A DNA stretch of 58,011 nt from Candidatus Dojkabacteria bacterium (GCA_014729235.1 WJKH01000021.1:1-58011); one strand, 5' to 3'; shown: positions 1 through 8,567, numbered from the stretch's first letter. Notes: generated by a model from the letters alone, not told the origin. Numbers and translations are program-made.

Positions 1-50
1 CCGATTGCTGGGATGAAAACCCAGTGTCCTAGCCGTTAGACGATAGCGGC
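1..50 (-). tRNA. tRNA-Glu(UUC), 5' portion only (cut by window edge)
   Basis: The reverse complement of 1-50 reads GCCGCUAUCGUCUAACGGCUAGGACACUGGGUUUUCAUCCCAG... This gives an acceptor 5' strand, a D-arm, and an anticodon stem CUGGG/CCCAG with loop UUUUCAU (anticodon UUC). Confidence 0.75.
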
Positions 51-66
51 ACAACTGCATGCTATT

Positions 67-303
67 TTATCCTAAATCCTTAATTTTGTTAAGGAAGGTT
101 TTTTCTTCTTCTAATGACATTCTTTTATATGAGTCAAGATTTTTGTCCAGAATATAACGTCGTTTACACTTACACTGAACCATAACTTTATTATTGTCGT
201 ATTCAATTCGTTTCTTGGCTCTGTCCAGAGGATAAGTACAGCCAGCACATAATCTTCTTTTCAAAAGCACGTCCTGAAAGGGTTTTAGAATCTTCTTAAT
301 CAT
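67..303 (-). CDS. small zinc-ribbon-like hypothetical protein
   Basis: The ORF runs 67..363. It has two Cys pairs (CAGC and CKCK) about 25 aa apart. The first 20 codons overlap tRNA-Leu, so I moved the start to Met21 (MIKKIL...). Confidence 0.5.
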   Translation of the reverse strand: MIKKILKPFQDVLLKRRLCAGCTYPLDRAKKRIEYDNNKVMVQCKCKRRYILDKNLDSYKRMSLEEEKTFLNKIKDLG

Positions 304-336
304 TAAAAAGCTGTTGCCTAAATTAAATTTACGCTG

Positions 337-422
337 TGCCGAGGACAGGAGTTGAACCTGCACCTCAAGTTAATGAGACATGGTCCTAAGCCATGCGTGT
401 CTGCCAATTCCACCACCTCGGC
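337..422 (-). tRNA. tRNA-Leu(UAG), long variable arm
   Basis: The reverse complement folds as GCCGAGG-UG-GUGG..CAC-CAUGG CUUAGGA CCAUG-long variable arm-GCAGG UUCAACU CCUGU-CCUCGGC-A. The anticodon loop CUUAGGA gives UAG. No CCA is encoded. Confidence 0.9.
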
Positions 423-516
423 ATATCAAATCATATACAAAAGAACCGGGCTCAGATGTCCTATACATACTTCCGGACAACCGGTTGTTAAGCATTTATC
501 CAAAAACTTATAACAA

Positions 517-810
517 TTAGTTGTCAATAACTCCTCCCGGTACTTTTACAAAGCCTTTTTCATTGTACGGAGCGTTTCTAAGAGCTTCTTCCTGCGATTG
601 AGAGGCAGCAGGCTTGTCGTCTCTAAGTTGTTCAAACTCAAGAGTATTATACCTTTTTTGAGGTATTTTTTCACTATCAAAATTCTGGAGAACATCTGCA
701 CTATCAAGAATTGTCTTCATCTGGGGAGTAAATTTGTCAATTTGCTCCTTGCTGAGGCGAATCTTTGCCAGATTTGCAATATGTTTAATAAAATCTTTAT
801 CAACTTTCAT
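517..810 (-). CDS. gatC: Asp/Glu-tRNA amidotransferase subunit C
   Basis: A 97-aa ORF lies 3 nt downstream of gatB on the same strand. The N-terminus (IKHIANLAKIRLSKEQIDKF) is typical of GatC. Confidence 0.85.
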   Translation of the reverse strand: MKVDKDFIKHIANLAKIRLSKEQIDKFTPQMKTILDSADVLQNFDSEKIPQKRYNTLEFEQLRDDKPAASQSQEEALRNAPYNEKGFVKVPGGVIDN

Positions 811-813
811 CTA

Positions 814-2346
814 TTAACTCTCTAGCAACTTAATTAGAACTTCTCGAGCCTTATTTGGATCGGCATTGCCTTTTGATTCTTTCATAATTTGTCCGATCAA
901 AAATCCAATAGCGTTTTGTTTTCCGGATTTAAAGTCCTGAGCTGCTTTTTCATTTGCGTTAATGACCTTTTTGGCTATTGTCTCGAGCTCATCAACATCT
1001 GATATTACCTGGGTGTTTGCTGACTCATAAAGCTCGCCTAGATTTCCGTCAGTTTCAAGCGCTTTCCGAACTAACTTTTTTGCTTTTTGGTTGTTTGCTT
1101 TTCCGGCCTGAACCTCAGCTATTATGTGAGCTAAATCCTCTAATCTTAGATTAATATCAGTAATTTTCTTCCCGGAATCATTCATATAGGCAAATATTAT
1201 CCCAGTAAGCCAGTTTGCAGATAATTTTGCTGCTTCAGATAAGTCGCCAGAAATTTCTTCAGATACCTTACTGACCAATTCATCAAAAAATTCAGAATTG
1301 GCACGGTCATCCGCAATTACACACGCATCATATGGCGTAAGCGAAAGCTTTTCTATGTAATTATTCTCTCTTTCGGATGGTAGCTTAACCAATTGTTCGC
1401 CGATTGTATCAACATTTGATGTAGAGACATTTATGATTGGAATGTCCGGTTCTTTGAAATAGCGATAATCTTCAGCTGATTCTTTTGTTCGCTGAAATTC
1501 AGTTTCCCCGGTATGAGCATTCCATCCGCGCGTCTGCTGTTCAAGTTCATTTCCATTTTCCAATTCCCTGGACATCCACTCAATTTCGTAATCAATAGAC
1601 TTTTCAACTGCAGTTATAGATCCAATGTTTTTAATCTCAACTTTTGGATTGAGCTTTGCTGCTTTATCAGATTTATTGGATTTTTCAGCCGGCAAAATTT
1701 TGCCGTCATTATATTTCCAGGTGCCTGGCAGCTGAATTGAAACATTTGGCTCGCAGCGCATTTGCCCCTTTTCCATATCGGCATCCGAAATATCAAGGTA
1801 TCGAGCGATCTGTCTAATGCGTGCTGCATACAGGCGTGCGTCTGCGGCTGAGCGTATTACGGGCTTTGAAACAATCTCCATCAGAGGAATTCCAGCCTTG
1901 TTGTAGTCAATAAGTGAATATTCAAGTCCGGTAGTCGGATCAACTATGTGATGGGATTTTGCGACATCTTCTTCTTGATGGATCCGTTCGATTTCAATTT
2001 TCTCAGTGCGGTCATCCTCTCTAATCATGACGTACCCGTTTTTGCAAAGAGGTTCATCATACTGGCTGATTTGATAGCCTTTAGGTAAATCCGGATAAAA
2101 GTAATGCTTTCTATCAAATTTTATGGACTGATCAATAGCGCAGTCTGTTGCGAGCCCCATTAAAATACAAAGCTCGATTGCACGTTTATTTGGGATCGGT
2201 AGTGTTCCGGGCATTCCTGTGCAGACAGGACAGGTAAGGGTATTGGGATCTTTGCCGAAATAATCGGTAGAGCAGGAGCAAAACATTTTTGATTGTGTTT
2301 TTAATTGGATATGAATTTCGAGTCCAATTATTACATCATATTTCAT
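814..2346 (-). CDS. gatB: Asp/Glu-tRNA amidotransferase subunit B
   Basis: A 510-aa ORF. It has the GatB N-terminal signature GLEIHIQL...KMFCSC, then PVCTGMPGTLP, and a C-terminal GatB/YqeY-like tail. Confidence 0.93.
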   Translation of the reverse strand: MKYDVIIGLEIHIQLKTQSKMFCSCSTDYFGKDPNTLTCPVCTGMPGTLPIPNKRAIELCILMGLATDCAIDQSIKFDRKHYFYPDLPKGYQISQYDEPLCKNGYVMIREDDRTEKIEIERIHQEEDVAKSHHIVDPTTGLEYSLIDYNKAGIPLMEIVSKPVIRSAADARLYAARIRQIARYLDISDADMEKGQMRCEPNVSIQLPGTWKYNDGKILPAEKSNKSDKAAKLNPKVEIKNIGSITAVEKSIDYEIEWMSRELENGNELEQQTRGWNAHTGETEFQRTKESAEDYRYFKEPDIPIINVSTSNVDTIGEQLVKLPSERENNYIEKLSLTPYDACVIADDRANSEFFDELVSKVSEEISGDLSEAAKLSANWLTGIIFAYMNDSGKKITDINLRLEDLAHIIAEVQAGKANNQKAKKLVRKALETDGNLGELYESANTQVISDVDELETIAKKVINANEKAAQDFKSGKQNAIGFLIGQIMKESKGNADPNKAREVLIKLLES

Positions 2347-2387
2347 ATAGTTTTTGATTAGATGTCATAAATATAGACTAAATTGTC

Positions 2388-3488
2388 TTAAGTATCAACT
2401 TCATCGCTATTTCCAAATACCGGCAGAGCAGACTCTGTATCATGATTTTGAGATTGCACGTAGTAGGTTCCGCGGCCGACTCCCTTTTGCGTCAGATAAT
2501 TTTTTTCAAGAAGCTCCTGAATGTCACGATAAGCCGTCATAAAGGAAATTCCCATTAATTTTGCATATTCACGGCGCGTCACTTTCTTATGAACTTTGAT
2601 GTAGTCAAGCAGTTTAAGCTGTCTGTCGTTGAATTCAAGCGATAGCTCAGCTTTCTTCACAACTTTTTTGTCAAAGATAGCAGAATATTCATTGGCCAGA
2701 TTTAGAACTTCAAGAGATAATGAATATAGGAATGCTTCAATAAAAATTGTTTTATCACTGTTGGCTCTTGAAAGTTTAAATGCTTCAGTTAGATCGCTGC
2801 CAAGAAAACTAATTGTTTTGGCTGTCGGCAATAAATTTCCGGGATTGTAATTCTGATCTTTCAATAAAACTGAAGTTGCTGTAATTGCAGTAATTTGATT
2901 ACCTGCTGCTAATGGCGCTTTATCAATAAATTCAAATAAAATAATCGGAATTTGTATCAGCTTGTGGATTTTAACTTCAGGCTTGACAAACCACTGCATA
3001 ATCTCTTCTAAATATGCATCAGGAGTGACATTGGGATGATTTTCTCTGTATTTATACCATGTGTCGTAAATTTCGTTTGGCTTTTCGCTGAATTTCCTGA
3101 ATTTCCCTAATTCCCAGTCGTCAACAATTCCCTGCATCAAGAGGGTATTGAGGTGGTTTATTAGTTGAGCCGAAGGTGGTAGGAAATGCTTTCTTTCGTA
3201 CGATTTTACAAAATCCTGAGTACTTCTATAGTTATTGAATATCGTAGTTTTGGAATTTGATCCCGAGACTTCCTGGCCTTTTTGTACTCGCATTGCGAAA
3301 TCATATCCAATTTCATTGCCTATTAGTTGCGAAAGGCTGTGAATATCTTCTGCTTTGTTTCGCATGTATAAGTCGCTTTGATGGCTGCCGGGGAGAGGAG
3401 TATGCGAAATCTTTTCAAAGCTGAGCTCAATTTTAACGATATAATCGAGGATAAGATTTGATATTGTGTAAGTGGGACTAAAGTTCAT
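2388..3488 (-). CDS. Fic-fold protein with degenerate active-site motif and C-terminal winged-HTH
   Basis: A 366-aa ORF. The N-terminus resembles a Fic_N domain. At the position of HPFxDGNGRxxR it reads APLAAGNQITAI, so the catalytic His is absent. The C-terminus LLDYIKVHKKVTRREYAKLMGISFMTAYRDIQELLEKNYL resembles a DeoR/MarR-type wHTH. Confidence 0.6.
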   Translation of the reverse strand: MNFSPTYTISNLILDYIVKIELSFEKISHTPLPGSHQSDLYMRNKAEDIHSLSQLIGNEIGYDFAMRVQKGQEVSGSNSKTTIFNNYRSTQDFVKSYERKHFLPPSAQLINHLNTLLMQGIVDDWELGKFRKFSEKPNEIYDTWYKYRENHPNVTPDAYLEEIMQWFVKPEVKIHKLIQIPIILFEFIDKAPLAAGNQITAITATSVLLKDQNYNPGNLLPTAKTISFLGSDLTEAFKLSRANSDKTIFIEAFLYSLSLEVLNLANEYSAIFDKKVVKKAELSLEFNDRQLKLLDYIKVHKKVTRREYAKLMGISFMTAYRDIQELLEKNYLTQKGVGRGTYYVQSQNHDTESALPVFGNSDEVDT

Positions 3489-3523
3489 TTAGTTAGATTT
3501 TGATTTGATTTTGAACATTGAAA

Positions 3524-3597
3524 AGCTGGTGGGCAGATTCGAACTGCCGACCTAATTCTTACGAAGAATTTGCTCTAACCAGCTGAGCTACACCAGC
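3524..3597 (-). tRNA. tRNA-Thr(CGU)
   Basis: The reverse complement reads GCUGGUG-UA-GCUC AGCUGGUUA GAGC-A-AAUUC UUCGUAA GAAUU-AGGUC-GGCAG UUCGAAU CUGCC-CACCAGC-U. The anticodon is CGU. Confidence 0.9.
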
Positions 3598-3689
3598 GAA
3601 AAATTCGATTAGTAATGAGCTTGTTAATATGAGTCAGACTCCTGTTACGAACAACAAAATATTATATATTACAAATTTGTGTAACGCAA

Positions 3690-3718
3690 TTGTAACACAA
3701 AAACAAGAACTCTATAAA
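3690..3718 (+). promoter_or_regulatory. sigma70-like promoter upstream of the radical SAM gene
   Basis: TTGTAA (3690-3695), a 17-nt spacer, then TATAAA (3713-3718), with ATG at 3730. A second TGATATAAT (3721-3729) abuts the ATG. Confidence 0.4.
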
Positions 3719-3729
3719 GTTGATATAAT

Positions 3730-4617
3730 ATGAGTGTGTATAAAGAAATAACTGCCAAATCATTGCTTTCAAGTTCAACTAAGCCTGACAGCTGGTTTGG
3801 CACAAAATACAACATGAATTTGTATCGAGGATGTGAACACCAATGCATATACTGCGATTCAAGGAGTGAATGCTATAAAATTGATGATTTCAACAATACA
3901 GAGGTTAAGATAAATGCTGCAGAGTTACTTCAGAAGGAGTTAAAGTCGAAGCGCATCAAGGGAACTATAGGATTTGGAGCAATGAGCGATACTTATGCTC
4001 CTGTTGAGGCGAGATACAAACTTACAAGAAAGTGTCTAGAGATTATAGCTGCACTAAAATTTCCAATTCATATACTCACGAAGAGTGCATTGGTTGTCAG
4101 AGATCTGGATTTAATAAAATCAATAAGCAGCGAATTTGCAGCGATATCATTTACTTTGACTACAGCTGATGATACTCTTGCAAAGATAGTTGAGCCAAAA
4201 GCAGCGCTGTCCTCTGCACGATTTTCTGCAATGAAAAAATTAGCCAAAGCCGGTATATATACCGGAATTACAATGATGCCAGTTTTACCTTTTCTTGAAG
4301 ATAATCTTAACAATATATCTGCAATTGTGGAATCTGCTGCTGAAAGTGGCGCCAGTTATATTATTCCGGCTTTTGGTATGACATTGCGGGGTAGGCAGCG
4401 GGAGTATTACTATCAAAAGCTGGATGAATCTTTCCCGGGGATGAAAATGAGGTATGTAAAGAAATTTGGTAACTCATATAGTTGTGGTGTTGATAATTAT
4501 CGGCTTCTGCGTGATCGGTTTGAGGAGCTCTGTCATCGTTATGGTATCGTGACAAGGATTGATATTTATGAGCCGGTGAGTGTTTTTGATTCTGAGCAGG
4601 GTAAATTGTTTGATTAA
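3730..4617 (+). CDS. radical SAM protein (SPL/DNA-photolyase-like COG1533 type)
   Basis: A 295-aa ORF with a CEHQCIYC (CxxxCxxC) cluster near the N-terminus. Size and layout fit the SplB-like radical SAM family. Confidence 0.7.
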   Translation: MSVYKEITAKSLLSSSTKPDSWFGTKYNMNLYRGCEHQCIYCDSRSECYKIDDFNNTEVKINAAELLQKELKSKRIKGTIGFGAMSDTYAPVEARYKLTRKCLEIIAALKFPIHILTKSALVVRDLDLIKSISSEFAAISFTLTTADDTLAKIVEPKAALSSARFSAMKKLAKAGIYTGITMMPVLPFLEDNLNNISAIVESAAESGASYIIPAFGMTLRGRQREYYYQKLDESFPGMKMRYVKKFGNSYSCGVDNYRLLRDRFEELCHRYGIVTRIDIYEPVSVFDSEQGKLFD

Positions 4618-4759
4618 ATTGCATATGTTAATTATTCTAGTTTTTGAGAGGACAAAATAGTATATGATAAAAATTTTGTAATTAGAATAATAATTATGCT
4701 ACAATTTATTTATGATTTTCTGATCGGCTGCAGCTAAATTTAAACTCCCAAGATTAAAT

Positions 4760-6763
4760 ATGTTCCTAGTTTCCACGAAAAATTACTTTTCAAGGGAAAG
4801 ATCTTTTTATAAGGTTCTGGCTAAGTTACTGACGGTATTTTTTTTCATAGTATATCTAGCCTTTAATCCAGCCAAAACACAGGCTGCAATTTATGAAGTC
4901 GACCCGGACTTCGGGGTAGACGGAGTATTTACCTGGGACGATGGGACAAGTGATGGCTACAATTTTATCAAGGGTGTTGTGAATACTGAGGATGGGTATA
5001 TACTCGTAGGTACAAACAACATTGGAGGGGATCCCTATCTAACGTTACTGAAAACTGATAAAAATGGTCAGATCGATACTGATTGGGGCAGTTCTGGAGT
5101 TAAAACACTATCTTCATTTTCTGTTTATGTATCAAAAGTACAACAGGTCGATGATAACTTCTGGGTGATAGGTCACTATCGAACCGGCACTACCCCTTTT
5201 CCAACAATAATACTAAAGTACAATCTGGATGGGGAGCTTGATCTATCCTTTGGAGAAGGCTCAGGATATGCATTTCCCCAGTCTTGTCTGACTTCACCAG
5301 GTCTTTATCTCCCTACTTCTTTTATGATCGTGGGAGATAAAATTTACACCTTGAATCGGGAGTACGATGCATCATGGGTCGCGAATACAAGCGTTGTACG
5401 CATGAGTATGGATGGGACCCAGTCAAGCGATGACCTGAATTTTGCATTCACAATAGATAAGGATTCTTCGCATAATAGTCCATTCGCATTTGAAGTTACA
5501 GAGGATAAAATTTATGTCCTCACAAGTATTGGACGATGGCCGGAAGCAGCTCTTCACAGATACAATATCGATGGTACCTTGGATACCAGCTTTGGTGACG
5601 GCAGCTGCAGAGATCCTTTCGGTGAAGGTGGCTTCGGATGCTATATTTACAGTAATCCAGGAGACGACGTTATTTTCCCGGCCATGTACCTGGACGAAGA
5701 CGCTATTTATATATTTGGTTCAATTGGCGATGCTCCGACAAACAGAAACAACGCAGCATTATGGAAGCTGAGTCTCGAAGGATTCCCCGATACAGATTGG
5801 GGAACCAACGGCGTCGTTGAAACAAGTCGTCCTGATATCGATGATATCACCCATTCACAGCCAAGAAGCATCATGAAACTTCAGGATGGATCGTTCCTAA
5901 TTTCAGAGACCCCTGCATTTTATACAGGCACTGATTGGGATTTTGTCTCTCTAGTAACCAAAGTTGACAAGTACGGCTCTGTTGACCAGAATTATTTTAA
6001 TTCTAAAGGCTACGATATGACTCCCTGGTACCACAGCACAGCAGCTGGCTCTGACGGATATTTTTTCCAAGACCAGAACAGCATCCTTGTCACAGGAATG
6101 ATTAACCAGGGAGGAAGCCACGATTTCTGGGTTAAAAAATATCGGTATTTCTATCAAATAGCCGGCCTCCAAGATAATGTGAAAGCCACTCAAGACGGGA
6201 CTCCAATCAAACTGGATGATCTGTATGGCGGTTATGGTGAGGATGATTTGGTGCTACTCTCAAAAAATGATGTCCCTGTCGCTGAAGTCAGCGTAGATCT
6301 CAGGCAGGATCTTGATTTTGCCACGGTAAGTATGGGAACTGACTCCCAAAATTCCCGAAGCTATATTCACGGTCTAGGATCAGTGACTGGTTATAATGGA
6401 TCAACAAACATATTTGTACCAAAGCCAGAAAAGCACACAGCGGTGGCAGTCTGTCCATCTGCTGAAAACATAAATGCCGTTAACAAGAGTTGTGATGGTC
6501 TATACGTGCTATCATCATCGGACCCTGAAGTTTCGGTCGTAACAATAGACTACAAAGATTATTGGGTCGTTTCAGGATTACCGGGATCAGGAGGATTTTC
6601 TATTGAAGATACAGATGCGCTTGTTGACAAAGCACTTCCTGAGACTGGATCCTCAATACTTATGATATATGCTGGTGTAGTGCTTATTTTAGCTTCCTCT
6701 ATCATGGGGTTGTGTATCCGATTCAATGAGGATTTCAGAGTTATAAGGGTTCTGAAGCGATAA
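4760..6763 (+). CDS. sortase-anchored (LPXTG) surface protein with repeated DxxFG/WGxxG propeller-like motifs
   Basis: A 667-aa ORF. It has a signal peptide ending KTQA-A. Motifs of the form D(P/T)DFG/WG..G recur every 50-60 aa (DPDFGVDGV, DTDWGSSGV, LDLSFGEGSG, LDTSFGDGS, DTDWGTNGV). The C-terminus has LPETG, a hydrophobic helix and a basic tail. Confidence 0.8.
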   Translation: MFLVSTKNYFSRERSFYKVLAKLLTVFFFIVYLAFNPAKTQAAIYEVDPDFGVDGVFTWDDGTSDGYNFIKGVVNTEDGYILVGTNNIGGDPYLTLLKTDKNGQIDTDWGSSGVKTLSSFSVYVSKVQQVDDNFWVIGHYRTGTTPFPTIILKYNLDGELDLSFGEGSGYAFPQSCLTSPGLYLPTSFMIVGDKIYTLNREYDASWVANTSVVRMSMDGTQSSDDLNFAFTIDKDSSHNSPFAFEVTEDKIYVLTSIGRWPEAALHRYNIDGTLDTSFGDGSCRDPFGEGGFGCYIYSNPGDDVIFPAMYLDEDAIYIFGSIGDAPTNRNNAALWKLSLEGFPDTDWGTNGVVETSRPDIDDITHSQPRSIMKLQDGSFLISETPAFYTGTDWDFVSLVTKVDKYGSVDQNYFNSKGYDMTPWYHSTAAGSDGYFFQDQNSILVTGMINQGGSHDFWVKKYRYFYQIAGLQDNVKATQDGTPIKLDDLYGGYGEDDLVLLSKNDVPVAEVSVDLRQDLDFATVSMGTDSQNSRSYIHGLGSVTGYNGSTNIFVPKPEKHTAVAVCPSAENINAVNKSCDGLYVLSSSDPEVSVVTIDYKDYWVVSGLPGSGGFSIEDTDALVDKALPETGSSILMIYAGVVLILASSIMGLCIRFNEDFRVIRVLKR

Positions 6764-6792
6764 GCCTTAACTTCAAAAGTGATTCCTGTCTA

Positions 6793-7359
6793 TTAGATGG
6801 CACCAACCAGATCAACACCAGGCTTTAGCGACTTATCTCCGGGCTTCCAGCGTGCAGGACAGACCAGTGCACCTTTGTTTTTTCTGACAAAAATGGCCGC
6901 CTGGAGTTTCCTAAAAATCTCATCAATATTACGACCTATACTGTTATCGTGCATTTCACATGCAATTATATTTTGATCTGGATCAATTATGAAAGTCGCT
7001 CTGATTGAATGCCCTCCATTTTCATCATAGGTTCCGAATGATTTACTAATATTGCCATTTGGATCGGCTAGCATTGGGTATTTAATTTTGCTAATAGTCT
7101 CAGAATTATCATGCCACGCTTTATGCACAAAAACTGTGTCCGTACTTATACTCAAGATTTCTGCGTCCTGAGCTTGAAACTTCTTGTAACTATCCGCTGC
7201 ATCGCCTAATTCAGTAGGGCAGACAAATGTGAAGTCCGCCGGATAAAAGAGCAATATTAGCCACTTGCCTTCGTAGTCTTTGAAATTCACATCAATTATT
7301 TTATCCTTGTGATAAGCGGCCGCTTTAAGATTTGGAATCTTTTCTCCTACCTTCAACAT
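6793..7359 (-). CDS. typical 2-Cys peroxiredoxin (AhpC/Tsa type)
   Basis: A 188-aa ORF. The peroxidatic motif is FTFVCPTE and a resolving Cys lies in LVCPARW near the C-terminus. Confidence 0.9.
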   Translation of the reverse strand: MLKVGEKIPNLKAAAYHKDKIIDVNFKDYEGKWLILLFYPADFTFVCPTELGDAADSYKKFQAQDAEILSISTDTVFVHKAWHDNSETISKIKYPMLADPNGNISKSFGTYDENGGHSIRATFIIDPDQNIIACEMHDNSIGRNIDEIFRKLQAAIFVRKNKGALVCPARWKPGDKSLKPGVDLVGAI

Positions 7360-7454
7360 TTATTAAAAGCGCTAACTAAATTTATATAATGATATATCAA
7401 TTTGTATAGTTTAGGAATAGCATTTGTGAACTATTACCCTGAAAAGATAGTAAT

Positions 7455-7862
7455 TTAGTCTGTAACTCCGAGCTTTTGAAAAAACTCAATATAATCTCTA
7501 TCAGCGTCCTCCATGTGTGTTACTAGCCAATCTTCAAGAAAATCAATTATTTCAAAAGCACCATCAGCTGCAGTTGGAAACTTCTTATCTTTAAATTCCT
7601 TCACGCGCTTTACAAGTGCGACGTGCAGGCGCTTATGCTCCTCAGATTGTGGATAATTGTATTTATCAAAGTATGACTCTTCGGTGCTAAAATGCTCAGT
7701 TGCAAATCTTGCAACACTGCCTATGGCATTCTGGAGTTCATCAAATGAGATTTCATTTACACTTTTGTCGTATAAATTGTTTAGGATTTCTAAAAATTGC
7801 TGATGCTGTTGGTCAAATGTTTTGACTCCGACGCTCATATCGGCATTCCACTTTAGGGGCAT
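7455..7862 (-). CDS. bacteriohemerythrin-like protein
   Basis: A 135-aa ORF. It shows W..DMSVGV..FDQQHQ.F, H..TEE..F....YP....H...H and a final H..D.D, which is the hemerythrin His/Glu/Asp ligand pattern. Confidence 0.85.
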   Translation of the reverse strand: MPLKWNADMSVGVKTFDQQHQQFLEILNNLYDKSVNEISFDELQNAIGSVARFATEHFSTEESYFDKYNYPQSEEHKRLHVALVKRVKEFKDKKFPTAADGAFEIIDFLEDWLVTHMEDADRDYIEFFQKLGVTD

Positions 7863-7961
7863 TGGGGATTTTGTTTAAAAAATTTAATGTTTCGTCTGTC
7901 GGGTCTAAAATTTCTATCCGTAGAGTTCGTCTTGTTTCTTTTCATCAGACAAGCGGGAAAC

Positions 7962-8064
7962 GGGTTGTAGTCTCGCTTCGCCCTCGCATTTGCTCGGTCT
8001 CGCTGCGCCATAACGGGGTGTAGTCTCGCTTCGCCCTCGCATTCGCTCGGTCTCGCTGCGCCAT
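7962..8064. repeat. two tandem copies (period about 54 bp) of a GC-rich unit
   Basis: GGGTTGTAGTCTCGCTTCGCCCTCGCATTTGCTCGGTCTCGCTGCGCCAT (7962-8011) recurs at 8016-8064 with 2-3 substitutions. Confidence 0.85.
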
Positions 8065-8166
8065 TCCGACTTCGGATCTCTTCGTCGCTGTCGCTCCTCG
8101 TTCTCCTAGTCTCCAGCGAACCCTCGTTCGCTACGCTCACTGCTCGGGTTCTCATACTACCTATTC

Positions 8167-8205
8167 AAATTGCACATGTCTCACTCTGTGAGACATGTGC
8201 AATTT
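8167..8205. repeat. perfect 18-bp inverted repeat (hairpin) abutting the 3' end of tRNA-Gly(UCC)
   Basis: AAATTGCACATGTCTCAC (8167-8184), loop TCT, then GTGAGACATGTGCAATTT (8188-8205). No U-tract follows on either strand. Confidence 0.85.
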
Positions 8206-8281
8206 GGAGCGGGAAACGGGATTCGAACCCGTAACCTTCTCCTTGGAAGGGAGACATTCTAGCCAATTGAACTATTCCCGC
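8205..8281 (-). tRNA. tRNA-Gly(UCC), CCA encoded
   Basis: The reverse complement reads GCGGGAA-UA-GUUC AAUUGGCUA GAAU-G-UCUCC CUUCCAA GGAGA-AGGUU-ACGGG UUCGAAU CCCGU-UUCCCGC-U-CCA. Confidence 0.9.
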
Positions 8282-8567
8282 TTGAGTATCGAGAAACTCG
8301 TAAGATACTCGGATCTCTTTACCACAAAAAAGCAACCACTATTTTCAAACGGACTTGGCATTCCAGGGTAAACCGAGAACCCTGTTCCGCCATAAATAGA
8401 GGGAGGCATCGTCTGTTATCTGTTCTCGCTGTGCACACGAAACCTTTTGGCTTTGCGTATGCTCACTCATTTGATTATAAAAGAACTACATATTAACTGT
8501 TAATTGCTATCATTTTCTTCAGACTTTTCAGTGCTTTCGTTAGTAGAAGAGCCGGATCGATAGAGGC

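Noticed and set aside
7962-8064. CRISPR array (also considered for 33938-33985)
   Set aside because: There are only 2-3 directly abutting repeat copies with no unique spacers, and no cas genes in the window. These are simple tandem duplications.
7853-8155. 100-aa minus-strand ORF (MRTRAVSVANEG...)
   Set aside because: It lies entirely in the GC-rich tandem-repeat trailer of tRNA-Gly(UCC). It is Arg/Ala/Glu low-complexity with an internally duplicated peptide caused by the 54-bp DNA repeat. It also overlaps the hemerythrin start. I treat it as non-coding.
8330-8470. SRP (4.5S) or 6S RNA downstream of rplS
   Set aside because: I could not find the SRP domain IV consensus (GGAA tetraloop flanked by AGCA and GUCAGG-type loops) or a 6S-like long imperfect hairpin on either strand. 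It is kept only as an unassigned region.
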